A DNA stretch of 64,000 bases from an uncultured Candidatus Saccharibacteria bacterium (GCA_964608745.1 CAZSPC010000001.1:750-64749); one strand, 5' to 3'. Positions 17,802 through 28,618 are shown, numbered from the stretch's first letter. Made by a program: numbers and translations. Notes: generated from the letters alone by a model not told the origin.

Positions 17802-20800
17802 ATGGAAAAACATAAGCTGAAAATTTATATTTTACTAACAGTTGCTTTTTTGATGGTGGCTGTCTTTTTGCCGTTGAATATTACGAAAGCAAAAGAAATT
17901 TTGGTGGGCGAAAAAATATCCCAAGAGATTGAAAAAGTTATCGATTTACTTGAAGTTTTGGCTAAAAATACCTTTAGTTTTTTTGTAGAAAATAGGGCTG
18001 ATGGAATCAAAAAAATAGTTAATTCAACTAATAATCTTTTCATTTATGTTTATGTTGCTGATCCAAAATTCGAAGAAAAAGACAAAAATAAGGTAGAGTT
18101 TGCACAAAAAAAAGAAATCGAAGAACCAAAGCTAGAAATTCAAACTCAAAAAATTGTTTTTGTTGGACTTGTGGATGATTTTCGTCAAACTATTTTAGAA
18201 TTTATAAACCTAACGAAAATCTTTTCTCAAAATGTTTTAGAAGGAGCAAGTGAAGTTCGAAAAATAACAATTGATTTAACAACTAAATCTTTAAAAGATA
18301 CCCAATGGCTAATTCAAGAAAACAATTCTTTGGTTAATGGTATTCTAGGTAAAGGAGTTAAACAAGCTCAAAAAATTGTAATTTTTGCTAGTGAATTTAC
18401 AAATATTTACTATATTCAACTTGGAAAAATAACAACTAGAATACCTGATGTAGCAACTACCATAGTCACAAGTGCTTTTGATGATGTTCATATGGTTGTT
18501 AAAATCAATAACGATTTTGTAAACAACACTCTTGGCCGAGGAGTAAAAAAAATAAAAGTTACCGCAATTTGGACAACCAGCTTATTATCTTCAATGGATG
18601 ATAATTTTAAAAACCTGGCTCTAAGAATTTACAAAAACACAACAAAACTAACATCAGATACTTTTACTCAGATTAAAAAAACAACCCGCCAAGTAAAATT
18701 CCTTTTCTCTGAGTCTTTTGTGGGTTCGGGGATTGTTTTGGGTGAGAAAAAAGATTATCTTTTGGCTTCGGCTTATCGACAATCAAATCGAGGAAAAACA
18801 GTTCTTGAAAATACAGCTGTAAAAACATATAGATTTTTTAACAACTTGCTTATCTTTAATTTTGGCAATAATGAAGTGATTGTTGTTGAAGAAGAAAAAC
18901 ACAACGAACTAAAAGAGGAACCACAAAAAGAAATACAAAATGTCAATCCGCCTAAGGTAGAAGAGCAGGTAAAAGTAGTTTATCAACCAACTAATACAAT
19001 TGTTGAAAGAGTAATTCAGGCAACTAGTGGTGTAACACCAGCAGATCTACAAAAACTAAAAAACGAATTATTGCAAGAGATTTACAGAATGGCAGATAAA
19101 TCAACACCAACTATATATCCAATATCTAACTACGCAGCTATTGCTCACACAAACAAAATTGATCAACTAAATTCTGTTACTATCAATTCATCAGCAATCA
19201 GTGGCGGGACTATTAGCGGAGCAACAATAACTAACACACCAATTTCCGGTTCAACTGGATCATTCACAATACTTTCGGTGTCTGATAGCGCAACAATTGG
19301 GGGACAATTTACAGCAAATAGTGCCTCAACAACCCAATTAACTGTTTCTGACCGATCTTGGTTTACTGGTTTAGCTTCTTTTGGTAATGCAACAACTTCA
19401 AACTTAACAGTAACCGGAATACTTTATGACTCAGACGGAGAAGCTGGTATATCGGGTCAAGTTCTTTCTACCACAGCAACTGGAACGAGTTGGACAACTA
19501 ATTCTTCAACCCAAGATTCAGACGGAGATACAATGATTCAAGCAGAAGAATCAGCTGACGAAGATAAAATTAGATTTGATACTGCCGGAACAGAAAGGAT
19601 GGTTATTGATGAAGATGGAAAAATTGGAATAGCAACAACTTCACCTTTATCAAAACTAACAATCTTCGGAGATGTGTTCCTAGACGGAGCAAATCGTTAT
19701 CTGAATTTTGGTACAACTACTGCTACTTCATCTGCTGGTTATGGTATTAGAGATAATTTAGGAACAATACAATACAAAAACCTAGGAGGTTCTTGGGCTG
19801 ATGTTGGAAGTGGAGGAGGGTCAGGAACAGTAACTTCTGTTGATATGACAGTCCCAACCGGATTATCTGTTTCAGGAAATCCAATTACTACATCTGGCAC
19901 ACTAGCTCTAACCTATTCTGCTGGTTATGAAGGGCTAAAAACAGCTTCATCAACTAACTGGAATACTTTCTACGATACTCCTTCAAACAGAATCACGGCT
20001 GGAACAGGATTGAGTTGGTCAACTAACACACTTAATGCTGAAGTACAATCATCAGATTTAAATAACTACCTTTCACTAGTAAATTGGTACGCAACAACAA
20101 CTCACGAAAATATTTCTTCTCTCCCTTCGCTTTCAATCACAGAATCACAAATTTCAGATCTTGATCATTTCGATGGAGGAGGTTTTTACACATATTTCAA
20201 TGCAACTAATACGGATGCTCTTAGCGAAGGTTCTTCAAACCTTTATTACACAGACGCAAGGGCTCGATCTGCCATCGATTCTTCTGCTACAGGATTAACT
20301 TATACACCAGGGACAGGAATCTTTTCTCTAACCCCTGGTTACAACATTCCATTAACAGCCAGCACAACTAACTGGAATAATTTTTATGATACTCCTTCGG
20401 GTCAAATTACAGCAGGAACAAATATTTCTTGGTCTTCAAATACTTTAAATGTTGATGATGCGTTTTTAATTAATAATGGAGATGATGCAACTACGGGACA
20501 GCTTACCGCAGCAAACTTTGTAGCTTCGTCCGGTACAGCAACTTCCACATTTGCCGGTGGCTTGAATGTAGGAAGCGGAGGTTTGATTTATGATTATTCG
20601 AGTGGAAAAGTAGGTATTGGAACAGATTCTCCGGTTACTAATTTAGAAATAAGTAGTAACGAAACAACAGAATTGAGAATTGGACATGGAAATAATTGGA
20701 ATGGTGCCTTGTCGTTTTATGAGGGAGGAGTACCTTCTTGGTCTTTTTATAACGTTGGAAATGGCGACTTGTTTCAATTTAATTATGCTGGTACAGGAAT

Positions 20801-23501
20801 GGCTACATTTGAACCAGGTGGTGATGTTGGAATAGGAACAACCTCACCTTTTGCTAAATTATCAGTAGCGGGTAATGGTTATTTTGACGGAAATGTGACA
20901 GCTTCAATTTTTACAGCTACAAGTACAAGTGCCACCTCCACTTTTCCATATTTTTCAGCCTCCCAATCTAATCTTGGTACGGTAGTAGGAGGAATCTGGA
21001 ACGGCTCCTCGATTGCTGATGCTTATGTTGACAATGATATTACCGCTTCAAATTATCTTTCGTTGACCAACTGGTTTGCAACAACAACTCACTCACTAAT
21101 TTCAAGCTTGCCTAATCTGTCTGTTACAGAATCACAAATTTCAGACCTAGATCATTACACAAACAATGATTGGGATATTAGAATGACATCAACAACAACC
21201 CTTCCCTCAATAACAACATTAGCTAACTTAGCTACGGTTGGAACAATTGGAAGTGGAGTTTGGAACGGAACTGCTATTGGTGATACTTATCTAACCAAAA
21301 CAGGCAATTGGACAGGAACATTTGATGGGCAAGAAGGTTCTTATTACCTAGATGCTGATAATCTAAACGACTTTGATAATCCTTTCTATACCTACTTCAA
21401 CGCAACTAATACGGATGCTTTGAGCGAAGGATCAAGTAATTTTTATGCGACTCAAAGTCGTTGGGATAGTTTTTGGAACGCATCAACTACATTAAGTAGC
21501 GTTACTTCTGTTCCTAATCTATCTATCACAGAATCTCAGATATCTGACTTACAAAATTACTTGGCTTTGGCTAATTGGTATGCAACAACAACTGATGGAC
21601 TAACACAAGGTTCAGCAAATCTATACAATCAAACTCACACAGGAGAAGTAACAGGATCTACCGCTTTAACAATTGCTAACAATATTATTGATGAAGCTAA
21701 TCTAAAACTAGACACTTCACCAACTGACAACTACATTCTAATTGCTTCTTCTACAGCAAGTGGAGGAATGGATTGGGTAGCAACCTCTTCTCCTCTTTTG
21801 AATTTATCCTCGGGTGGCGGAGGTTCTTCAGCTCTAACTCACACAAATATTTTTGTTGGAAATTCTTCAAATATAGCAACAGCAACTTCATCTTTGGTTA
21901 TTTTGGACAATGGGAATATAGGAATAGGAACAACTTCACCTCTAACCTCACTATCCCTCGAAGGCACAGCCGGAACACCTATAATGAACATTGCTAATTC
22001 AACTGGTGCCAGTGCTTTGTATGTTGATGAGGGCGGAGATATTGGCATCGGGATGACCGCTCCAACCTCCAAATTTCATGTAGTAGATACATTAAGCGCA
22101 GCTACTGGTGATGAAGTAGTATATTCTCTTAATTATACAACCAATAAAGCAACTAGTGGAAATGATACGGGGTTACAGATAAACATGACGGATACAGCGA
22201 GTCCTGGAACGAGCTATTTAATTGATGCTCGTGTTGGGGGTACAAGTAAGTTCTGGGTTGATTCTAGTGGTAACGCTTTAATTGCTAATGGAATGAGGCT
22301 TGGTTCTGCAAATGCTTCGATTAGCCCAGCAGGAAGTAAGCTACTACTTAATTCAACCGAAAAGATTGAAATGAGATTATGGGGTGATATTTCATCTGGT
22401 AATGCTTTTGAGTTTAAACCTGGTATGGCAGGTTTGCAACTGACCGGGTCAAGCGGAGTTCAATCATTTTTAAGTATAATACCAGAAATCAATCAGAGTG
22501 GAACAGCTGGATATAATGGTATATTTCTTAATGTTACAGAAACAGGAATTGGTAGTGGTCCTAATAATTTAATTGATTTGCAGGTAGATAGTTCAAGTAA
22601 ATTTTTGGTTGATAATACCGGTAACGTCGGAATCGGGACAACTTCACCATATTCAAAATTATCTGTTTGGGGAGACGCTCTTGGAAATATTTTTGAAGCA
22701 ATTACAAATTCTTCAACAACAGCTATGGTAATTAATGCAATTGGTGATATTGGCATTGGAGTAACCGATCCTGATAAGAAATTAGAAGTATTCGAGACAG
22801 TTGCTGATGCACAAGTTAAAATTTCTTATGATGCAACTCGTTATGCGAACTTGCAAGTTGATTCTGTTGGAGATTTAATTATTGATCCTCAAGGAAATGA
22901 TTTATTCTTAAATGACGATAACCTGTTTTCTTGTACAGGAGGTTCGTGTCCTGCTGGCAATCCAACCGGAACAGGTAATATAGTGGTTGAAAATAAAGTA
23001 GGTATTGGAACCACAACTCCTGCCTACAAATTATCAATTGAAACCCAAGATTCATCAACTAATTTATTACAAATAGCATCTAGTACTAATCAAAATATAT
23101 TTACAATCAACTCCGATGGAGATATTGCTATTGGAACATCTAGTCCGTTTGCGAGATTTTCTATTGGATCAGGGGGGGCTATTGTTGTTGAAGAAAATAC
23201 TCTTATTGATGGAGCAACTATTACAGTTGATTGGCGAGATGGTAATCAGCAAGATGTTGAGTTAGGTGGAAACAGGACAATTAATTTCTCAAATTACACT
23301 CCTGGACAAACATTGCGTCTGCTTGTTTGTCAAGATTCGACTGGTTCAAGGACAGTTACTTGGGATTCAAACATAGATTGGAATGATGCCACAGCTCCTA
23401 CTCTTACAACCACAGCAGATAAATGTGATGTGATTGCGTGTATTGCGACAGAGGCAAAGGGTGTTTTGGATGTCTTTTGTACAGCGACGTTGAATTTTTA
23501 A
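17802..23501 (+). CDS. giant exported Ser/Thr-rich protein with tail-fibre-like GxVGIGTTSP repeats
   Basis: signal peptide; many GxIGIGTTSP repeats; internal repeats LSITESQISDL, TDALSEGSSNLY; C-terminal VDWRDGNQQ..QDSTGSRTVTW. Confidence 0.8.
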   Translation: MEKHKLKIYILLTVAFLMVAVFLPLNITKAKEILVGEKISQEIEKVIDLLEVLAKNTFSFFVENRADGIKKIVNSTNNLFIYVYVADPKFEEKDKNKVEFAQKKEIEEPKLEIQTQKIVFVGLVDDFRQTILEFINLTKIFSQNVLEGASEVRKITIDLTTKSLKDTQWLIQENNSLVNGILGKGVKQAQKIVIFASEFTNIYYIQLGKITTRIPDVATTIVTSAFDDVHMVVKINNDFVNNTLGRGVKKIKVTAIWTTSLLSSMDDNFKNLALRIYKNTTKLTSDTFTQIKKTTRQVKFLFSESFVGSGIVLGEKKDYLLASAYRQSNRGKTVLENTAVKTYRFFNNLLIFNFGNNEVIVVEEEKHNELKEEPQKEIQNVNPPKVEEQVKVVYQPTNTIVERVIQATSGVTPADLQKLKNELLQEIYRMADKSTPTIYPISNYAAIAHTNKIDQLNSVTINSSAISGGTISGATITNTPISGSTGSFTILSVSDSATIGGQFTANSASTTQLTVSDRSWFTGLASFGNATTSNLTVTGILYDSDGEAGISGQVLSTTATGTSWTTNSSTQDSDGDTMIQAEESADEDKIRFDTAGTERMVIDEDGKIGIATTSPLSKLTIFGDVFLDGANRYLNFGTTTATSSAGYGIRDNLGTIQYKNLGGSWADVGSGGGSGTVTSVDMTVPTGLSVSGNPITTSGTLALTYSAGYEGLKTASSTNWNTFYDTPSNRITAGTGLSWSTNTLNAEVQSSDLNNYLSLVNWYATTTHENISSLPSLSITESQISDLDHFDGGGFYTYFNATNTDALSEGSSNLYYTDARARSAIDSSATGLTYTPGTGIFSLTPGYNIPLTASTTNWNNFYDTPSGQITAGTNISWSSNTLNVDDAFLINNGDDATTGQLTAANFVASSGTATSTFAGGLNVGSGGLIYDYSSGKVGIGTDSPVTNLEISSNETTELRIGHGNNWNGALSFYEGGVPSWSFYNVGNGDLFQFNYAGTGMATFEPGGDVGIGTTSPFAKLSVAGNGYFDGNVTASIFTATSTSATSTFPYFSASQSNLGTVVGGIWNGSSIADAYVDNDITASNYLSLTNWFATTTHSLISSLPNLSVTESQISDLDHYTNNDWDIRMTSTTTLPSITTLANLATVGTIGSGVWNGTAIGDTYLTKTGNWTGTFDGQEGSYYLDADNLNDFDNPFYTYFNATNTDALSEGSSNFYATQSRWDSFWNASTTLSSVTSVPNLSITESQISDLQNYLALANWYATTTDGLTQGSANLYNQTHTGEVTGSTALTIANNIIDEANLKLDTSPTDNYILIASSTASGGMDWVATSSPLLNLSSGGGGSSALTHTNIFVGNSSNIATATSSLVILDNGNIGIGTTSPLTSLSLEGTAGTPIMNIANSTGASALYVDEGGDIGIGMTAPTSKFHVVDTLSAATGDEVVYSLNYTTNKATSGNDTGLQINMTDTASPGTSYLIDARVGGTSKFWVDSSGNALIANGMRLGSANASISPAGSKLLLNSTEKIEMRLWGDISSGNAFEFKPGMAGLQLTGSSGVQSFLSIIPEINQSGTAGYNGIFLNVTETGIGSGPNNLIDLQVDSSSKFLVDNTGNVGIGTTSPYSKLSVWGDALGNIFEAITNSSTTAMVINAIGDIGIGVTDPDKKLEVFETVADAQVKISYDATRYANLQVDSVGDLIIDPQGNDLFLNDDNLFSCTGGSCPAGNPTGTGNIVVENKVGIGTTTPAYKLSIETQDSSTNLLQIASSTNQNIFTINSDGDIAIGTSSPFARFSIGSGGAIVVEENTLIDGATITVDWRDGNQQDVELGGNRTINFSNYTPGQTLRLLVCQDSTGSRTVTWDSNIDWNDATAPTLTTTADKCDVIACIATEAKGVLDVFCTATLNF

Positions 23502-23517
23502 CAAATTGAAAATTAAT

Positions 23518-26022
23518 ATGCTTGTTTTTATCAAAAAATATCATAAATTACTAACCATCATATTAGCCATTTTTGTGGTTTTTTCTACTTTCTATTTTCA
23601 ACTATTAAACGAAAAAGACAGTACCGTAGAAGCTGCTTTTGAAATTGATAACTCTCTTCGTTTTAACGACGACGACAGTCCTTATCTTTCCCGTACACCA
23701 AGTTCAGCAGGAAATAGAACAGTTTGGACTTGGTCTGGGTGGGTAAAACTTGGTAATATTTCTACATTAAAATATTTATTTGCCGCAGGAACAGATGGTA
23801 GTAATGAATCTGCTATTAGATTTAATGCAGACGATACTTTGCAAATAGATAATTATGTAGGTGGAGCAACAAAATCAAAAAAAGTGACAACTGCCGTATA
23901 TCGTGATCCGGGAACCTGGTCTCATATTGTTGTTTCTGTGAATGGTTCTACACAAAATATGTACGTTGATGGTGTTCAAATAACAAATTTTTCTACAAAT
24001 ACTACCGATACATCTAACTGGTTTTTTAATAACACGGATGGGCATAAGATAAGTGGCCGAGCGCACACAACTGGTAGTTATATCGACGGCTATCTTTCCG
24101 ATGTTCACTTTATCGACGGGCAGGCACTCACACCATCTAGTTTTGGAGAAACCAATACCTCCGGTCAATGGGTGTCCAAAGCTTATTCCGGTACATATGG
24201 TACTAACGGCTACCACCTTGATTTTGCTAATTCTACCGATTTAGGGAATGATGTATCTGGACAAAACAACGACTGGACATCCACCAATCTTGACGCTACT
24301 GACCAAGTTATTGATACTCCAACAAATAATTTTGCTGTTTTGAATGGAGTTGTACGACACGGTAGTAATACTACTTTATCTGACGGGAATCTTGTTGAGG
24401 ATTGGGTAGGGGCGAATTGGCAAGGCCTTGTGCCAGCTACCTTAGGTACACAATCAGGGAAGTATTATATGGAGGTAGCGTACGATGGCAATGCTACATA
24501 TAGTGCTGTTGGTGTGACTGGTTGGGGGGGTCTGTATGATTCTACTCCAAATATATCAGCATGTAGTATAGCTCTCAATAATGACGATACTGTGGCGCTT
24601 AGGGCTTGGGGTACTTCATATACAAATTTATGCCATGATACAACAGAAGAGACATCATGGGGGACGGCAATAACTGACGGAGATGTAACCATGATGGCTT
24701 GGGATGTTGACACCAAACAAGTTTGGTTTGGCAAAAATGGTATCTGGGAGAATTCAGGAGATCCTGCAAACGGAACTAATGAGGCGGTTGTTATGTCTGG
24801 GACAACAGAACTTATACCTTTCATTTCGTCTTATTCTAATCCAATGGTTGTTAATTTCGGCGCTAATGCTCAAACAGGACTAACCTACGACTCCGACGCC
24901 GGTGGATATTTCAAATATACTCCACCAACTGGATTTAAAGCTCTCTCTACTGCTAATCTTCCTACACCAGCTATCACCAAACCCTCTGATCATTTTGATA
25001 TAGCAACTTATACTGGAAATGGTTCAACACAATCAATTACAGGACTTGATTTTCAACCGGATTTAGTGTGGTTGAAAGATAGAACGAGTGCTAACAGCCA
25101 TGGACTTTTTGATATTATTCGTAGCACAACCAAACTTTTGTCGTCAGATGCAACTTCGGTGGAATCAACGGACGCGGATACACTCACCTCATTTGATTCA
25201 ACTGGGTTCTCGCTCGGCGCTGATACAAAATATAATACAAATACAAATAATTATGTCGCTTGGAACTGGAAAGCTGGCGGAACAGCTTCTTCTAACACTG
25301 ACGGATCAATTACTTCATCAGTTTCCGCTAACCCCACTGCTGGATTTTCGATTGTGAGTTATACGGGGAATGGAACGGCCGGAGCGACAGTGGGACATGG
25401 TCTAAATGATGTACCAGAAATGGTGATAATTAAGAATAGAGATGGTGCTGATGATTGGGCAGTGTATGCGAATGAAGATGGAACTGATTATCTTCAGCTT
25501 AATTCAACTGCAGCAACTGCCGATAATAATACCTATTGGAATGATACTAATCCTAGTTCTTCGGTCATAACTCTTGGTACCAATTCAGATGTTAATAATA
25601 ATTCTGAGAATCTCGTTGCTTACGCATTCCATTCTGTTCCTAGCTACTCAAAAATCGGATCATACACCGGAAACGGTTCCGCTGATGGTCCGTTTGCTTA
25701 TACCGGATTTAAACCAAGGTATGTAATGGTTAAAAGAACTGATACAACAGGAAATTGGCAAATTATTGATCTAGAGAGATCTCCAGCACCAAATCCAGCA
25801 AGAAACCCATTATATGCCGATGTTACTGATGCTGAATCAACAGGAGGAGATGGTTATCCGATTGATTATAATAGCAATGGATTTAAGATTAGAAGCACAG
25901 AGGCGGTGAGAAATGCTTCTGGTGGAACATATATTTACTACGCTATCGCTGAATATACTTTAAAACCAGCAAGTGCTACCAGTTTGTCAGTTACTCCTTT
26001 GTGGTTTGGGATAGGGTTTTGA
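23518..26022 (+). CDS. exported LamG/SPRY-domain protein resembling phage tail-fibre proteins
   Basis: N-terminal TM; NSLRFNDDDSPYLSRTP, WSHIVV, GKYYMEV, repeated YTGNG, FQPDLVWLKDR. Confidence 0.75.
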   Translation: MLVFIKKYHKLLTIILAIFVVFSTFYFQLLNEKDSTVEAAFEIDNSLRFNDDDSPYLSRTPSSAGNRTVWTWSGWVKLGNISTLKYLFAAGTDGSNESAIRFNADDTLQIDNYVGGATKSKKVTTAVYRDPGTWSHIVVSVNGSTQNMYVDGVQITNFSTNTTDTSNWFFNNTDGHKISGRAHTTGSYIDGYLSDVHFIDGQALTPSSFGETNTSGQWVSKAYSGTYGTNGYHLDFANSTDLGNDVSGQNNDWTSTNLDATDQVIDTPTNNFAVLNGVVRHGSNTTLSDGNLVEDWVGANWQGLVPATLGTQSGKYYMEVAYDGNATYSAVGVTGWGGLYDSTPNISACSIALNNDDTVALRAWGTSYTNLCHDTTEETSWGTAITDGDVTMMAWDVDTKQVWFGKNGIWENSGDPANGTNEAVVMSGTTELIPFISSYSNPMVVNFGANAQTGLTYDSDAGGYFKYTPPTGFKALSTANLPTPAITKPSDHFDIATYTGNGSTQSITGLDFQPDLVWLKDRTSANSHGLFDIIRSTTKLLSSDATSVESTDADTLTSFDSTGFSLGADTKYNTNTNNYVAWNWKAGGTASSNTDGSITSSVSANPTAGFSIVSYTGNGTAGATVGHGLNDVPEMVIIKNRDGADDWAVYANEDGTDYLQLNSTAATADNNTYWNDTNPSSSVITLGTNSDVNNNSENLVAYAFHSVPSYSKIGSYTGNGSADGPFAYTGFKPRYVMVKRTDTTGNWQIIDLERSPAPNPARNPLYADVTDAESTGGDGYPIDYNSNGFKIRSTEAVRNASGGTYIYYAIAEYTLKPASATSLSVTPLWFGIGF

Positions 26023-26055
26023 CTGTTCTATGAAAAACAAAAATTTTTTTAAAAT

Positions 26056-26457
26056 ATGAAATATTTTTTTCAACATAAATTCATCATAATCATCATTTTT
26101 CTTACTATATTCACATTAAGTTTCTTCAAACTTTTCGTTGTCTCTGGTTCATCAATGAAGCCGGCATATTCTCACGGAGATGTTGTGTTGGTTGAAAAAA
26201 TCTCACATCATTTTTTTATTCAACGCGATGATATTCTTATTTTTGAACATCCACGAGGAGATAATGATGATATTCAGATAAAAAGAGTGATTGGCTTACC
26301 AACAGAAACTGTGAATTTGGATGATGGGTTTAGTATGTATTTAGGATCGTTGGATTATTTTGTAATTGGTGATAATCGAAACGAAAGTACAGATTCACGA
26401 AATTTTGGAACTATTCAGCCAGAACATGTGATTGGGAAACCGATGTTTAAATTTTAA
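26056..26457 (+). CDS. lepB: signal peptidase I (S26)
   Basis: GSSMKP, IKRVIGLP, GDNRNESTDSRNFG. Confidence 0.92.
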   Translation: MKYFFQHKFIIIIIFLTIFTLSFFKLFVVSGSSMKPAYSHGDVVLVEKISHHFFIQRDDILIFEHPRGDNDDIQIKRVIGLPTETVNLDDGFSMYLGSLDYFVIGDNRNESTDSRNFGTIQPEHVIGKPMFKF

Positions 26458-26499
26458 TATTAAACTTTAAACTTAATTTAAACTTGTTATAATAATCTT

Positions 26500-27867
26500 A
26501 TGAAAAACTTTTTTCATTTTATTCAATATAATAATGCATTTCCAATAATACTTGGTATTATTTTTCTTGGCGGCGGGACTGTTTTTGCAGCGACAAATCC
26601 TGAAATTATTTATGAAAAAGAAGAACACATTATTTCAATAGATAATACATATATTGTTGAAAAAGATTTGAATGGGTTTACCCCAACTGTGCAAATAATT
26701 GAAGTAACAGAAGATGACAAAAATTATTTTGTATCGTATTTGTTTACAACCATAGATTTGAAAGATGCTGTCTGGCAGGATGTTGAAAAAGAAAATATTA
26801 TGGCTATTTCAAAGGTTGATTTGGGCCAATATCGTGATTTAGGTTTCTATGTGATGGGGCAGTTACGGCAAAAAATAGAGAGGGAGATTGCTTATTTACA
26901 AGAAGTTCAAGGTTTTGAAAAAGAAAGTGTTACCCAAAAGACTGTTGCTACAAAATATGGTGGTTTAGTTGGGGCAATTATGGATGATAAAACAGAAGTA
27001 TTGCCTGGTTATATTCCTGTTGTGGAAGTTGTGGATCTAGAAGATAAGTGGCAAAGACCGGCAGATGACGGAAACAAAGAACAAAAAACCAACAACAATC
27101 AGTCGAGTTTGACTAGCGGTCCAAGTATTCAAATACTCGGAAATAATCCAGCTTGGATTACTTTAAAATCTTCTTATATAGATCTTGGTGCTATTGCACA
27201 TGATTCTAATGGTTATGATTTGACTATTAAATTATTACTAAATGGTAGTGAAACTAAACATATTCAGATTGATACTTCGACAACTTCAGAATATATAATC
27301 ACATACCGTTCTACTGATGGAGGAGGAAATACGAGCGAGGCGATACGACATATAGTTGTTTACGATCCGACTGTTCAAACCCCTCCGCCAGCAAATTCGG
27401 TCATTCCTACTATTCCAGATAAAATTGAAGAAAATGAGTATCAAGATCAAGATGAAAATGAAGAAGTTCAAAATGAGGTGGGCAATGAGAACGAAGAAAC
27501 TCAGGAACCGGAACTAACCTGTAACGAAAACAACCTAAACCTCTGTAATCAAACAGAATGTGAAGATCTAAGCTATCACTGGTATGATAATCAATGTAAT
27601 GTAGACGAAGAAGTAGTCGAAGACACAACAGCACCATTAATTACCTTACTTGGAGATGAAATAGTAGAAATAATATTAAACGAAGAATACACAGATGCAG
27701 GAGCAACAGCCAACGACGAAACAGATGGAGACATTACTCCAAACATCATCACCAATAACCCAGTCGATACATCAACTACTACATCCTATACAATCACTTA
27801 CAATGTTCAAGACGAAGCAGGGAATCAAGCTGAAGAGATTACAAGAACAGTAAATGTTGTTGAATAA
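26500..27867 (+). CDS. exported protein with two Ig-like (DUF5011-type) domains
   Basis: PSIQILGNNP..YIDLGAIAHD; DTTAPLITLLGD..YTDAGATAND..YTITYNVQDEAGN. Confidence 0.75.
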   Translation: MKNFFHFIQYNNAFPIILGIIFLGGGTVFAATNPEIIYEKEEHIISIDNTYIVEKDLNGFTPTVQIIEVTEDDKNYFVSYLFTTIDLKDAVWQDVEKENIMAISKVDLGQYRDLGFYVMGQLRQKIEREIAYLQEVQGFEKESVTQKTVATKYGGLVGAIMDDKTEVLPGYIPVVEVVDLEDKWQRPADDGNKEQKTNNNQSSLTSGPSIQILGNNPAWITLKSSYIDLGAIAHDSNGYDLTIKLLLNGSETKHIQIDTSTTSEYIITYRSTDGGGNTSEAIRHIVVYDPTVQTPPPANSVIPTIPDKIEENEYQDQDENEEVQNEVGNENEETQEPELTCNENNLNLCNQTECEDLSYHWYDNQCNVDEEVVEDTTAPLITLLGDEIVEIILNEEYTDAGATANDETDGDITPNIITNNPVDTSTTTSYTITYNVQDEAGNQAEEITRTVNVVE

Positions 27868-27874
27868 TTGAATA

Positions 27875-27913
27875 AACAAAAAAAGTGGGTGTCGGACACC
27901 CACTTTTTTTGTT
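27875..27913. repeat. REP palindrome upstream of RAYT-2
   Basis: aacaaaaaaagtgggtgtcggacacccactttttttgtt. Confidence 0.88.
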
Positions 27914-27916
27914 AAT

Positions 27917-28594
27917 ATGATTATAATGAGAATTTATTTTGAAAAAGAAAGACACTACCATATTTATAATAGAGGTACAGATAAACGGGAGATATTTACA
28001 GATAAATACGATGTATATAGATTTATAGAAAGTATAGAAGAGTTTAATTGTGTTGGAGTTAATAATGATATTTTTCATTCTGAAAGGTCGAGAAAACGTC
28101 AAATAAAAAGAGGTGGGTGTCCGACACCCACCAAATATGAAAAAAGTGGCCAAAAACTTGTCAATATTATTGCATATTGTTTGAACCCGAATCACTATCA
28201 TTTTATTTTGGAAGAGTTGGTTGAAGGAGGAATAAGTGAGTTTATGAAAAGATTAAACGGAGGTTATTCCAGATATTACAATATAAAATATGGTAGATCT
28301 GGATCATTGTTTCAAGGAAAATTTAAGGCAAAATATATAAAAGAATCACTTCTTTATGTTTCTGCTTATGTTAATTTGAATAATCTTGTTCATAAAAAAA
28401 TTGACGGGACTAATTCGTATTTTATGGATGATATTGTTAATAGGTCGAGTTGGAGTGAGTATATTCAAGAAAATCCAAAATTTGAAATTTGTGAAAAAGA
28501 CTTTTTACTTAGTAGATATAACACTAAGTTAGAATATAAAAAAGATGCAGAGGAAATATTGAATACAATAAAAGAAAAACGTTATGAAGATTAA
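27917..28594 (+). CDS. Y1 HUH transposase, REP-associated (RAYT-like)
   Basis: YHIYNRGTDKREIF, AYCLNPNHYHF, FQGKFK, YVNLN; paralogue of 16981; start may be ATG 27926. Confidence 0.88.
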   Translation: MIIMRIYFEKERHYHIYNRGTDKREIFTDKYDVYRFIESIEEFNCVGVNNDIFHSERSRKRQIKRGGCPTPTKYEKSGQKLVNIIAYCLNPNHYHFILEELVEGGISEFMKRLNGGYSRYYNIKYGRSGSLFQGKFKAKYIKESLLYVSAYVNLNNLVHKKIDGTNSYFMDDIVNRSSWSEYIQENPKFEICEKDFLLSRYNTKLEYKKDAEEILNTIKEKRYED

Positions 28595-28599
28595 AAACG

Positions 28600-28618
28600 G
28601 TGGGTGTCCGACACCCAC
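28600..28618. repeat. REP palindrome downstream of RAYT-2
   Basis: gtgggtgtccgacacccac. Confidence 0.88.

Noticed and set aside
17802-26022. Prophage
   Set aside because: Only fibre-like genes with export signals; no terminase, capsid, portal, integrase or lysis genes.
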